Below the pieces are notes generated by a model. It did no database searches and was not told where the DNA came from. It saw only the letters and a list, made by a program, of their open reading frames with translations. A DNA stretch of 64,000 bases from Candidatus Zhuqueibacterota bacterium (GTDB lineage Bacteria; Zhuqueibacterota; Zhuqueibacteria; Thermofontimicrobiales; Thermofontimicrobiaceae), in assembly GCA_049322915.1 (NCBI GenBank), contig JBMOPW010000016.1, positions 71,971 to 135,970 on the forward strand, given 5' to 3'. Both the position numbers and the translations under genes were made by a program. Shown here piece by piece: positions 30,173 through 38,672 of the stretch. How positions within the stretch are numbered: position 1 is the first letter of the stretch; each line of letters opens with the position of its first letter.

Positions 30173-31537
30173 TTAATCCACAGGTGGATAATCTTCGATC
30201 ATCTTCAGCGTCTCCTGAATTTGCTTTTCCGGCAATTCGTAGTTCGTCAGTTGGCCATCATTGAATTTATCGTAGGAGCCCATATCAAAATGGCCGTGGC
30301 CGCTGAGGTTGAACAGAATTGTCTTTTTCTGGCCTTCCTTTTTAGCCTTTTCTGCCTCGACGATGGTGGCGCGAATGGCATGCGACGATTCCGGCGCCGG
30401 GAGAATGCCTTCGGTGCGGGCGAAGAGACGAGCCGCTTCAAACACTTCGATCTGTTTGTAGGCGGCAGCTTCGATGTGTTTTTCCCGAACCAGGTGGCTG
30501 ATGAGCGGCGCCATACCATGATAGCGCAAACCGCCGGCATGGATTGGAGGCGGAACAAACTTATGGCCCAGCGTGTACATGGCCATGAGCGGCGTCATTT
30601 CCGCGTTGTCGCCAAAATCATAGGCATACGGTCCGCGAGTCAGCGTGGGACACGATGCCGGCTCCACCGCAATTGCCCGGACTTTCTGCCCTTCGAATTT
30701 ATCTTTGCAGAATGGGAAAACCAATCCCGCAAAATTGCTGCCCCCGCCGACGCATCCGATGATGACATCCGGATAGTCGCCGGCGATTTCCATCTGCTTT
30801 TTCGCTTCAAGTCCCACAATGGTCTGATGCAGCAGCACATGGTTCAGCACGCTTCCCAGCGAGTATTTGGTATCTTCGCGGCTTACCGCTTCTTCCACTG
30901 CTTCGCTTATGGCGATGCCCAGGCTGCCGGGGGAATCCGGATTCTCCGCCAGAATCATGCGACCGGCATTGGTCTCATTGCTGGGACTTGGAATAACCGT
31001 AGCGCCCCACGTCATAATCATGGCGCGGCGATACGGCTTCTGCTGATAGCTGATTTTCACCATGTAAACTTTGCATTCGATCCCAAAGTAATTGCAGGCA
31101 AGGCTCAGCGCGCTGCCCCATTGACCGGCGCCTGTTTCGGTGGTGATGCGTTTCACGCCTTCCATTTTGTTGTAATAGGCCTGAGCCACCGCAGTATTGG
31201 GTTTATGGCTGCCGGCCGGACTGACGCCTTCATATTTATAATAGATTTTTGCCGGCGTATCCAGCGCCTTTTCCAGCCGCCAGGCGCGGTACAGCGGAGA
31301 TGGCCGCCATAATCTATAAATATCCCGCACTTCATCCGGAATGTCGATCCAGCGATCGGTGCTCACTTCCTGCTTGATCAACTCCATCGGAAACAGCGGA
31401 GCCAGGTCGGCCGGCCCCACCGGCTGTTTTGTCCCCGGGTGAAGCACCGGCGGCATGGGCTTTGGTAAATCAGCTTGAATGTTGTACCATTGACGCGGTA
31501 AATCTTTTTCGTGCAATAGGATTTTCGTGTCGCTCAT
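30173..31537 (-). CDS. trpB2: Tryptophan synthase beta chain 2 (TrpB2, TrpB-like PLP enzyme)
   Basis: [21 protein letters not shown] lysine in [51 protein letters not shown] and LSGHG. Confidence 0.95.
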   Translation of the reverse strand: MSDTKILLHEKDLPRQWYNIQADLPKPMPPVLHPGTKQPVGPADLAPLFPMELIKQEVSTDRWIDIPDEVRDIYRLWRPSPLYRAWRLEKALDTPAKIYYKYEGVSPAGSHKPNTAVAQAYYNKMEGVKRITTETGAGQWGSALSLACNYFGIECKVYMVKISYQQKPYRRAMIMTWGATVIPSPSNETNAGRMILAENPDSPGSLGIAISEAVEEAVSREDTKYSLGSVLNHVLLHQTIVGLEAKKQMEIAGDYPDVIIGCVGGGSNFAGLVFPFCKDKFEGQKVRAIAVEPASCPTLTRGPYAYDFGDNAEMTPLMAMYTLGHKFVPPPIHAGGLRYHGMAPLISHLVREKHIEAAAYKQIEVFEAARLFARTEGILPAPESSHAIRATIVEAEKAKKEGQKKTILFNLSGHGHFDMGSYDKFNDGQLTNYELPEKQIQETLKMIEDYPPVD

Positions 31538-31582
31538 TTTTTTCTCCTTTGGATTAGAAGTAAATATGAATAGACGTGTTTG

Positions 31583-32437
31583 TTATTCATCAAACAAAAA
31601 CGTCGGCTCATGATAAAACCGAATTGATTTATCTTTGATTTGATCGTTGATTCGCTTGTTCAGCCAATGGTTCTTTTGTGCCGCGGAAACATCGAAGCGC
31701 AGCAAGTCCAGTGGCACATTCAATCGAAGCGCCCGCTTTGGCAGAATAATGCGGGTGATTCCGCTGGGAATTCTCATCCCGTGGTCGGTCACCTGCACAA
31801 GTTCTTCTTTGGTAATTTTACGAAACACAATGAGGGCGCTGAATTGAGGGTAATTATTTTTGAGATGCTCCAGATTGGTGTAGCTCACGCGGTCCATGAA
31901 TTGCGAACCGTGATACAAATCGGTAATGCCTTGTAAATCTCTCACGCGTTGAAACAAATCCTCGTGCGCGCGCACAGCAAAGATAGAGGCATCGGCAAAT
32001 TGAATCTGACAGAGCAGTTCGCCATCTTCTTCGTTCGTTATGCTCGTCCCGGACGTCTGAGCAATTGAAATCTCAGGCAATTTTGCAATGTTCGACAGGA
32101 AGAGCTCTTTGGAAAACTGCTCCACAGCGTGATGCCATTGAAGGAAAATGAGGCCGGGATCGAACAGGTCAATCTCCTGAACCAGCACATCAGGAATATC
32201 CAGCTTTTGCAGGGCTGTCAATCGGTTGGCGCCGTCAAGAAGGATGTGTTTGGTTGTCCCGGCATGGGTGGCGACAACCGGGGGATTTTTCAATCTGTTC
32301 TCTTTCCGAAGATATTCGACGAGTCGTGCGGATCGCTCGGTGTCCGGCTCTTCATGAAAAATGATGTCTGAAATGGGGAGAATTTTGAGCTTTGGCAATT
32401 CGCCGATTTTGAGCAGCTTATCATTTTTTAAATCCAC
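31583..32437 (-). CDS. ParB/Srx-fold free L-serine kinase candidate (SbnI/SerK-like), 284 aa
   Basis: IFHEE...NPPVV...LLDGANRLTAL core. C-terminal IPSGITRIILPKRALRLNVPL resembles the SbnI tail. No HTH seen. GTG start follows AAGGAGG. Confidence 0.7.
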   Translation of the reverse strand: MDLKNDKLLKIGELPKLKILPISDIIFHEEPDTERSARLVEYLRKENRLKNPPVVATHAGTTKHILLDGANRLTALQKLDIPDVLVQEIDLFDPGLIFLQWHHAVEQFSKELFLSNIAKLPEISIAQTSGTSITNEEDGELLCQIQFADASIFAVRAHEDLFQRVRDLQGITDLYHGSQFMDRVSYTNLEHLKNNYPQFSALIVFRKITKEELVQVTDHGMRIPSGITRIILPKRALRLNVPLDLLRFDVSAAQKNHWLNKRINDQIKDKSIRFYHEPTFLFDE

Positions 32438-32564
32438 GTAGCCTCCTTGATGTCTGATGAGTTTGTTAGACCATGCAGTTATTCCGTACATCTTTCTGGT
32501 TCTGATTTCACGGTAATGTGCAGTTGAATTTCCACGCTTCGATGCGCCGGGTTTGGCATAGAAT

Positions 32565-32597
32565 AAAAAACCCACTTTATGAGTCGATAAAGTGGGT
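32565..32597 (-). terminator. Attenuator terminator (proximal)
   Basis: Perfect 11-bp stem acccactttat/ataaagtgggt followed by a U-tract on the minus strand. Confidence 0.85.
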
Positions 32598-32623
32598 CGG
32601 ATTCGGCTTAAATATTCCTTGAG

Positions 32624-32734
32624 CTACACATCGAATTTGAGCAAATCCGCCACACCAATGGGTACACGCCACCAGCACCAATTGGAAATTGTCGACATAA
32701 AACCAAGTAACTTTGTGACGATAAATTTGCTCAT
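32624..32734 (-). CDS. trpL: Trp leader peptide 1 (MSKFIVTKLLGFMSTISNWCWWRVPIGVADLLKFDV)
   Basis: 36-aa ORF read by hand, with codons TGG-TGC-TGG-TGG and an AGGA RBS. Alternative in-frame ATG at 32698. It lies just 5' of the terminator and carries the antiterminator arm. Confidence 0.8.
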   Translation of the reverse strand: MSKFIVTKLLGFMSTISNWCWWRVPIGVADLLKFDV

Positions 32735-32764
32735 GCGTAAATGTCCTGATTTAAAGTTTTTGTC

Positions 32765-32792
32765 AATATACACAAAAATAATTCATTGTCAA
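32765..32792 (-). promoter_or_regulatory. Sigma70 promoter for the leader 1-kinase-trpB2 unit
   Basis: TTGACA-16 nt-TATATT. Confidence 0.7.
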
Positions 32793-32875
32793 GATAAATT
32801 ATAGTAAATTTCAAACCGGAGGTGAAATGAGAATATCGATGATGTCCGGTTTGGATTCAGTATTCCCGATGAAAT

Positions 32876-32902
32876 AAAAAACCCACTTGTGATAAGTGGG
32901 TT
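32876..32902 (-). terminator. Attenuator terminator (distal)
   Basis: Stem aacccactt/aagtgggtt with a U-tract. Shares the acccactt/aagtgggt core with the proximal terminator. Confidence 0.8.
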
Positions 32903-32928
32903 GGAATTGCAAAGTTACCGTCGATGGA

Positions 32929-33024
32929 TCAGCGACATATTTCCGCCCCACAGATAATAATACGCCAGCGCCACTGGGCGCTGATGATTGCGTTCGTACG
33001 ATGTAATAAAGTGGAGCGAGCCAT
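32929..33024 (-). CDS. Trp leader peptide 2 (MARSTLLHRTNAIISAQWRWRIIICGAEICR)
   Basis: 31-aa ORF with TGG-CGC-TGG-CGT. The segment gtggggcggaa can pair with ttccaacccac, the 5' arm of the distal terminator. Confidence 0.65.
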   Translation of the reverse strand: MARSTLLHRTNAIISAQWRWRIIICGAEICR

Positions 33025-33058
33025 TCGAAACCCCAATTGGTTTGATTTGACGAATTAA

Positions 33059-33158
33059 CCCTACTACGTCACTTAGAATTATTAGCACAATATATCGTAT
33101 TTTCTGGCAACTTAACATAAAATATATTGTGCAGAACTTGCTAAATGACGGAGTAGGG
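33059..33158. mobile_element. MITE-like element C (100 bp, TTAA target duplication)
   Basis: TTAA|ccctactacgtca...tgacggagtaggg|TTAA. Related copies at 46882-46981 and 63417-63681. Confidence 0.85.
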
Positions 33159-33488
33159 TTAATTGCCAAGCACTTTATCAAGTTTCGATTTGATGTTTTG
33201 TTTAGGAACTGCGCCGACGATCTGTTCCACCACTTTTCCGCCTTTGAAAATCAGTAGCGTGGGGATGCTTCGAATGCCGTATTTAATGGCAACACTCTGG
33301 TTTCGATCCACATCGCATTTGGCCATTTTCACTTTACCGTCATAATCCTTTGAAAGCTCTTCAACGATCGGGGCGATCATCTTGCAGGGACCGCACCAGA
33401 CTGCCCAGAAATCAATCAAGACCGGCGTATCGGATTTAATAACTTCACTTTCAAAATTAGCTTCCGTAATCGTGACTAAATTGCTCAT
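33159..33488 (-). CDS. trxA: Thioredoxin
   Basis: DFWAVWCGPC and IRSIPTL. 109 aa from ATG 33488 after GAGG. Confidence 0.96.
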   Translation of the reverse strand: MSNLVTITEANFESEVIKSDTPVLIDFWAVWCGPCKMIAPIVEELSKDYDGKVKMAKCDVDRNQSVAIKYGIRSIPTLLIFKGGKVVEQIVGAVPKQNIKSKLDKVLGN

Positions 33489-33537
33489 TGTCCAACCTCT
33501 TCCCGTTTGTTCATCCAAGTCAAAAAAATTGTGGCTA

Positions 33538-33566
33538 AAGATAAAAATAATCCAGTAAAATTGCAA
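33538..33566 (-). promoter_or_regulatory. Putative sigma70 promoter for trxA
   Basis: TTGCAA-17 nt-TATCTT. Confidence 0.5.
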
Positions 33567-33691
33567 GCAGAATTTTTTCGCCCGGGAAAATTGTCGGCGA
33601 CGTACGACGTCACCGCTTGCCGAACCTTCATCCCTGCAAATTCTGCGTTCCAGCCGTGTTCCGGAATGACCCCCCTGTCGCCGGGAATGCA

Positions 33692-35416
33692 TTAAATATT
33701 GAGCAGCTTTTTGATCCTTTTTACTTCGGTCATGGCCAGCGCCTGTTCGGCCAATGCCTCGGCTTCCTGCGCGGTGATGGAGCGGATGTACCGCTTCAAT
33801 TGCGGAATGAAGTAGGAGCTCATGCTCAGATTGCGATAGCCGAGTCCGATCAGCAGTTTGGTGTATTTGATGTCCCCGGCCATTTCCCCGCATATGCTGA
33901 TTTCTTTCCCGGCTCGCTTCGCTGCGAAAACCAGGTTTTTCAGCAGAATTAAAATGGATGGATGCAGCGGCTCATAAATTTTACTGACCTGCGCGTTGCC
34001 CCGGTCCACGGCCAGAGTGTACTGGATCAGATCGTTGGTGCCGATGCTGACGAAATCCACCTCCCGGTAAATGGCATCGATGACCAGCGCCGCTGAAGGA
34101 ATTTCGATCATGGCGCCGATGGGCATATCGCACTGGTGCTGTTTCCCCTCTTCCTGCAGTTCCTTTTTCGATTGGTTCAATAGTATTTTGACCTGTTTGA
34201 TTTCCTCGATGCTGGCAATCATGGGGAGTAAAATTTTGGCGGAGCCATGGACGCCAGCCCGGAGAATGGCCCGGAGTTGCTGTTTGAAAATTTCCGGCTG
34301 CTGCAGCGAGAGCCTGATGGCGCGCAAACCTAAATAAGGATTATGTTCGCTGAAGCGATGATCGCTTTTGTAGAATTGAGTCAGCTTATCCCCGCCCAGA
34401 TCCATGGTTCGAATGGTCACCGGCAGGGGATTCATTTTTTCGACGACGGTGCGGTAATGTTCGTATTGCTCATCTTCCGATGGGTAATCGTGCCGATCGA
34501 TAAAATGCATTTCGGTGCGATACAGACCAATGCCCGAGGCGAGAAAGGTGCGCGCTAATTCGATGTCTTCTTCGGAGCGGATATTGGCCAAAAAATTGAT
34601 CGTGTGTCCGTCTTTGGTGACCGAAGGAAGTCCGACCGCTTTTTTCTCGCGCTGTTTCTTTTCCCGCTGCTCCTTTATCGAGGCTTTGTACGACTGTAAT
34701 TTTTTAACACTGGGATTGATCGTCACTTCGCCGGTATTGCCATTCAAAAAAATGGGCATGGAAAGTTCCACATTCGATACCAGATTCGGAATGCCGGTGA
34801 CAAGCGGAATGCCGAGAGAGCGCGCTAAAATGGCGGCATGTGAGGTTAATCCCCCTTTCTCCGAGACGATCCCCTTGATGTGATTGGAATTGATATTGGC
34901 AGTTTGGGACGGCGTGAGTTCCGTGGCCACGATGATGAGGTCCATTCCTTCGAGCAGGCACTGCTGGCTGGACCCGATGAGGTTATCCAGAATTCGATGC
35001 CCCACATCGCGAATGTCCTGAATTCGTTCTTTGAGATAGCTGTCCTGGGTGGAAGAAAAAGTCAGGATCGATTCCTGCAGCACATCTTCCACGGCAGCCT
35101 CGACGTTGATGAGCTCTTCGACCAGTCTTTTTTGAATCTGCGCCATGAAGACCGGGTCATTTAAAAACAGGAGATGCGCGTCGAAAATGGCGCCCTCTTT
35201 GTGCCCGATTCGCTCCGTGATGTTCGCCCGAATTTCTTTGAGTTGCACGCGCGAAACCTCGATTGCCTGAGACAACCGGCCCAATTCTTCAGCGACCTGG
35301 GTGAATCGAATTGTCCGCCGCGTCACTTTGGGCGCGCTCCCAAAAATGCACGCCCGACCCCATGCTATTCCCGGCGAAATTGGGATGCCGAAAAAGGTGG
35401 ATACTTTTTTTACCAT
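33692..35416 (-). CDS. ptsI: Phosphoenolpyruvate-protein phosphotransferase (PTS enzyme I)
   Basis: Phospho-His motif GGLTSHAAILAR, GIGLYRTE, IRTMDLGGDK, NPYLGLRAIR, MIEIP, SIGTNDLIQY and ICGE. Start 35416 or TTG 35443. Confidence 0.93.
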   Translation of the reverse strand: MVKKVSTFFGIPISPGIAWGRACIFGSAPKVTRRTIRFTQVAEELGRLSQAIEVSRVQLKEIRANITERIGHKEGAIFDAHLLFLNDPVFMAQIQKRLVEELINVEAAVEDVLQESILTFSSTQDSYLKERIQDIRDVGHRILDNLIGSSQQCLLEGMDLIIVATELTPSQTANINSNHIKGIVSEKGGLTSHAAILARSLGIPLVTGIPNLVSNVELSMPIFLNGNTGEVTINPSVKKLQSYKASIKEQREKKQREKKAVGLPSVTKDGHTINFLANIRSEEDIELARTFLASGIGLYRTEMHFIDRHDYPSEDEQYEHYRTVVEKMNPLPVTIRTMDLGGDKLTQFYKSDHRFSEHNPYLGLRAIRLSLQQPEIFKQQLRAILRAGVHGSAKILLPMIASIEEIKQVKILLNQSKKELQEEGKQHQCDMPIGAMIEIPSAALVIDAIYREVDFVSIGTNDLIQYTLAVDRGNAQVSKIYEPLHPSILILLKNLVFAAKRAGKEISICGEMAGDIKYTKLLIGLGYRNLSMSSYFIPQLKRYIRSITAQEAEALAEQALAMTEVKRIKKLLNI

Positions 35417-35432
35417 ATCGCTCGATTTCCGA

Positions 35433-38384
35433 TTATTTGACAAGTGCTAACTTTCGAGTGCAGGAGAATGATTCGGTTTTCAGCCGATACAAATACACGC
35501 CGGAGGCGACGCTGTTGCCGGCGCTGTCATTTCCATCCCAGGTGAGAGCATGGTGTCCGGCGACCATGCGTCCTTGCGCCAGTGTGGCTATTTTTTGACC
35601 GCGCAGATTGAAAATGCTCAATTCCACTTCGACCGGCTGAGACAGTTGAAAATGGATCTGCGTGGTCGGATTGAATGGATTGGGGTAATTCTGACTCAAT
35701 TGAAAGACAGTCGGCGCTGCAACCGTCGCGGCCGATTTCACCTCTGTTGCGCCGGACGTCCAGTTCAATATTTTCGATAACAAGGTCTGCGCAGTCTCCG
35801 GGTAAGGCCCGGAAATGCCTTCGAATCCAAACGCTAAATAGACGATGCGGTAATTGGCTGCGTCGTCCATGTAATGGATGGCTGCCGGCGACATCTGCGG
35901 AATGTATTTCAAAAACGTCGCTGCGCCCTGAATCGGCTGAATGCCATCCAGGGAGGTCTGATTGCCGGCGCCCCCGATATTCGATTCCATATACACGAAA
36001 AGTTTATCGCCGATGGGATCGCCGGCCACCCCCAACATTTTATTCGATTTCACCGTGTCGGAGACGAATGTCGCATGAAGGTAATTTGTGAAAAACAGGG
36101 AATCTTCCGGCGTCCCGTCGCCCATTAAATCGTAGCCGATGTTTTGACCGGATAAAATCAACCGACCGCCGGCGTCGAGATACCGGCTGATCTGCTGTTG
36201 TTCTTCCGGGGTCAAACTCGTCGTGCGGTCATCCCCGGTGAACCAGATCACGGTGGTGTATTGTTGCAGCGTCTCAGCAGTCGGAATGCCCAGGGCGTGG
36301 ACATCCCAGGTATCGGTGTAAACTTTGGCCAACGAGATGGGTTGATGAAAAAACGTTTCATACGAGTCGGCATTGTCGTCATCCACGAGCAGGGTGTTTG
36401 GGGCGCCGATTTTCACGTCGAATTTTTCCTCAGTCGAGTAGCCGTCTTCACCCCGTAACTCAAGTTCGAACGTTGCCAGATGGCCAATGCTTGCTTCATT
36501 GACAGAAAACGAGAACGGAATTGACAACGCCGATTGCAAATGCCCGAAACTTATGTCAGCGTATTGAACCGTAGCGAATTCAGCCGGGATAGCAATGTCC
36601 GAATCCAGCGTGGTCAGATGGGCACTAAAATTCCGGATAGGCACGCCCTCGTTGCTGATCAAAACACACAGCCGAACCGTTTCTCCCGGTTCAGCCAGGC
36701 CATTGCCATTCTCCAGCGAATCGACCACTTCATGCTTGAAATATTTTAACATGGGCGTGTTAACGAGCGTAGTCTGTTTCAGAATCCAACTATCTTTGTC
36801 CAATTGCATCGCTTCAACGGAGTCCGGAAAGATGAATTCAAATGTGTGGCTGGCCGACTCCACCGTCCTGACACATGTGGTTTCAGTCGCCGCCGTTGTA
36901 AAATACAGGTCCAGGGGCATGCGGAATAACGATGCGTCCGTCTGAATCTGATCGACGAATACGCTGACCTGATATTCGCCGGTCTCGGTTTTTTCCTGGC
37001 TCCAGCCATGCCGATAATGGGGATAATTTGGCTCATAGACCCATTGATGAAAGAACCAGTCCAGCGACGCCCCGTGCACCTGCTCGAATGCAGCCTGTAA
37101 ATCTTCAGTGGTGGCCGAAGAATAATCGAAACGATTCCGGTATTCCTGCAGGCCTTTCCAGAAATTTTCGTCCCCCACGACGTGGCGAAGCATGTGCAAC
37201 ACCCACGCGCCCTTGTTGTACACGATGTAGCCGTACACAATATCCGGATCGCTGATGTCGTGGCGGTACATGATGCCTTTCAATCCCAGGGCATTATTCT
37301 CATTGATCATGTAGCTGAAATAGCGCTCCTGGCCCTGAACATGGCCGTAATACAGGGCTTCGGAAAATACAGCAAAACCTTCGCTGATCCACGTGTGATG
37401 AAAATCTTTGGGAGTGATGCAATCGCCCCACCACTGGTGCGCCAACTCGTGGAGAAAAACCGATTCATAGGATTGATCGCCCAGGACCATGTACGGCTTA
37501 ACGCAGGTCAATGTCTGGTATTCCATGCCGCCCCAGTAACCGACGTACTCGGCCACACTGTATTTTTCATTCGGATAGGGATAGTCGCCGTAGTAGGAAG
37601 AGAGAATTTCAATCATCGAATTGGTGTTGCCGAAATCGTTCAATGCGTTGTTATAATGCTCAGGCAGGACAAAGTGCATGATATCCAGCGTGTCGTTCTG
37701 AGCGTTGATGTATGTGTCTTCAATGATCTGATAGTTCGTCGCTGTAAACGCGACAAGGTAGGTGGCAATTGGATTTCGCACCTGCCAGTGGAATGTCATT
37801 GTACCATCTTTATTGTCGATCTGTTCGATGAGCGCGCCGTTGGACGCAGCGACCAGGTTGGCCGGAACTGTGATGGAGATGTCCAGGGACTGGGGTTTAT
37901 CATCCGGCCGGTCTTTGCACGGCCACCAACAGCGGGCATAAAAGGGACAGCTCTCACTGGAGATGACGACCGGGCTGCGGCTTCGGTCAAAGGTCATGGG
38001 ATTGAAATTCGTCCCGGAGGATGGGTGTCCGTTGTAGAAAACGGTTACGGAAATGACTTCGCTGCGGGCGTAGACTCTATCTAATTGGATGAACAGGGAA
38101 TTGTCCGTGTGAGTGAAATTCGAGCCATTGCCGGCAACAGCAGTCACAGTCATGTTGTTGTATAAATCGAGAGTGAGTTGCGCAAGATTATCCGCCAGGC
38201 TCATCGCCTGGACGGTGACCGCGCCGGTGATTGTTTCATCATCCGGGTTTACTGCGATGTTGAGCTCGTAATATAAAACGTCGAAGTCATCCTGGTTTGA
38301 GACCATGGCATTGGTCTGGGCAGAAGAAAAAGCCAACGCCAAAAGACAAAGAGAACAGACGATTCGAATATTTGAAAAATTCAT
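35433..38384 (-). CDS. Secreted M1 aminopeptidase with C-terminal FlgD-Ig/T9SS-like sorting domain
   Basis: Signal peptide, GGMEY and HELAHQWWG...E. Tail LSQNYPNPFNPTT...WDGNDSAGNSVASGVYLYRL...RKLALVK. ATG follows GGAGG. Confidence 0.9.
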   Translation of the reverse strand: MNFSNIRIVCSLCLLALAFSSAQTNAMVSNQDDFDVLYYELNIAVNPDDETITGAVTVQAMSLADNLAQLTLDLYNNMTVTAVAGNGSNFTHTDNSLFIQLDRVYARSEVISVTVFYNGHPSSGTNFNPMTFDRSRSPVVISSESCPFYARCWWPCKDRPDDKPQSLDISITVPANLVAASNGALIEQIDNKDGTMTFHWQVRNPIATYLVAFTATNYQIIEDTYINAQNDTLDIMHFVLPEHYNNALNDFGNTNSMIEILSSYYGDYPYPNEKYSVAEYVGYWGGMEYQTLTCVKPYMVLGDQSYESVFLHELAHQWWGDCITPKDFHHTWISEGFAVFSEALYYGHVQGQERYFSYMINENNALGLKGIMYRHDISDPDIVYGYIVYNKGAWVLHMLRHVVGDENFWKGLQEYRNRFDYSSATTEDLQAAFEQVHGASLDWFFHQWVYEPNYPHYRHGWSQEKTETGEYQVSVFVDQIQTDASLFRMPLDLYFTTAATETTCVRTVESASHTFEFIFPDSVEAMQLDKDSWILKQTTLVNTPMLKYFKHEVVDSLENGNGLAEPGETVRLCVLISNEGVPIRNFSAHLTTLDSDIAIPAEFATVQYADISFGHLQSALSIPFSFSVNEASIGHLATFELELRGEDGYSTEEKFDVKIGAPNTLLVDDDNADSYETFFHQPISLAKVYTDTWDVHALGIPTAETLQQYTTVIWFTGDDRTTSLTPEEQQQISRYLDAGGRLILSGQNIGYDLMGDGTPEDSLFFTNYLHATFVSDTVKSNKMLGVAGDPIGDKLFVYMESNIGGAGNQTSLDGIQPIQGAATFLKYIPQMSPAAIHYMDDAANYRIVYLAFGFEGISGPYPETAQTLLSKILNWTSGATEVKSAATVAAPTVFQLSQNYPNPFNPTTQIHFQLSQPVEVELSIFNLRGQKIATLAQGRMVAGHHALTWDGNDSAGNSVASGVYLYRLKTESFSCTRKLALVK

Positions 38385-38424
38385 CTCTGATCCTCCCTGG
38401 AAATAAGCAATTAAAATTTTTGAT

Positions 38425-38453
38425 AATATAAAGAAAATATTTAAAGATGTCAA
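38425..38453 (-). promoter_or_regulatory. Sigma70 promoter for the M1 peptidase (and probably ptsI)
   Basis: TTGACA-17 nt-TATATT. Confidence 0.7.
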
Positions 38454-38672
38454 GGGAAAGAATTTTTCAGGGACCGGGTATGGCATTGAGAACAATCAAT
38501 GGGTTATCTCCGGAACTAAACATGAGTCGTGAGGGTTTAAATTTCACGTTGTTCATCAATCCGCCATGAATGGAGGATGAGTCAGAGGTCAGATTCGCTC
38601 CGCTTCGAAGAGCGGAGCTTTCGTTGCATGATACGCATTACCGGGCGTCGGCCCGTACCATCAGGAGTAAGT

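Noticed and set aside
31583..32437. Chromosome-partitioning ParB
   Set aside because: No HTH or dimerisation domain and no parA neighbour. The motifs and tail fit SbnI/SerK-type kinases, and the context is Trp-regulated.
32818..32877. Plus-strand mini-ORF MRISMMSGLDSVFPMK after GGAGGT
   Set aside because: RBS spacing is only 3 nt, the RBS lies in an aaaccgga/tccggttt hairpin, and there is no other support.
32915..33181. 88-aa minus-strand ORF containing YYYLW as an aromatic leader peptide
   Set aside because: It starts inside trxA and runs through MITE C. The W-R-W frame at 32929-33024 fits the attenuator geometry better.
33489..33893. N-terminal extension of thioredoxin in the 244-aa ORF
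   Set aside because: It overlaps ptsI and a promoter match. ATG 33488 with an RBS gives a normal 109-aa TrxA.
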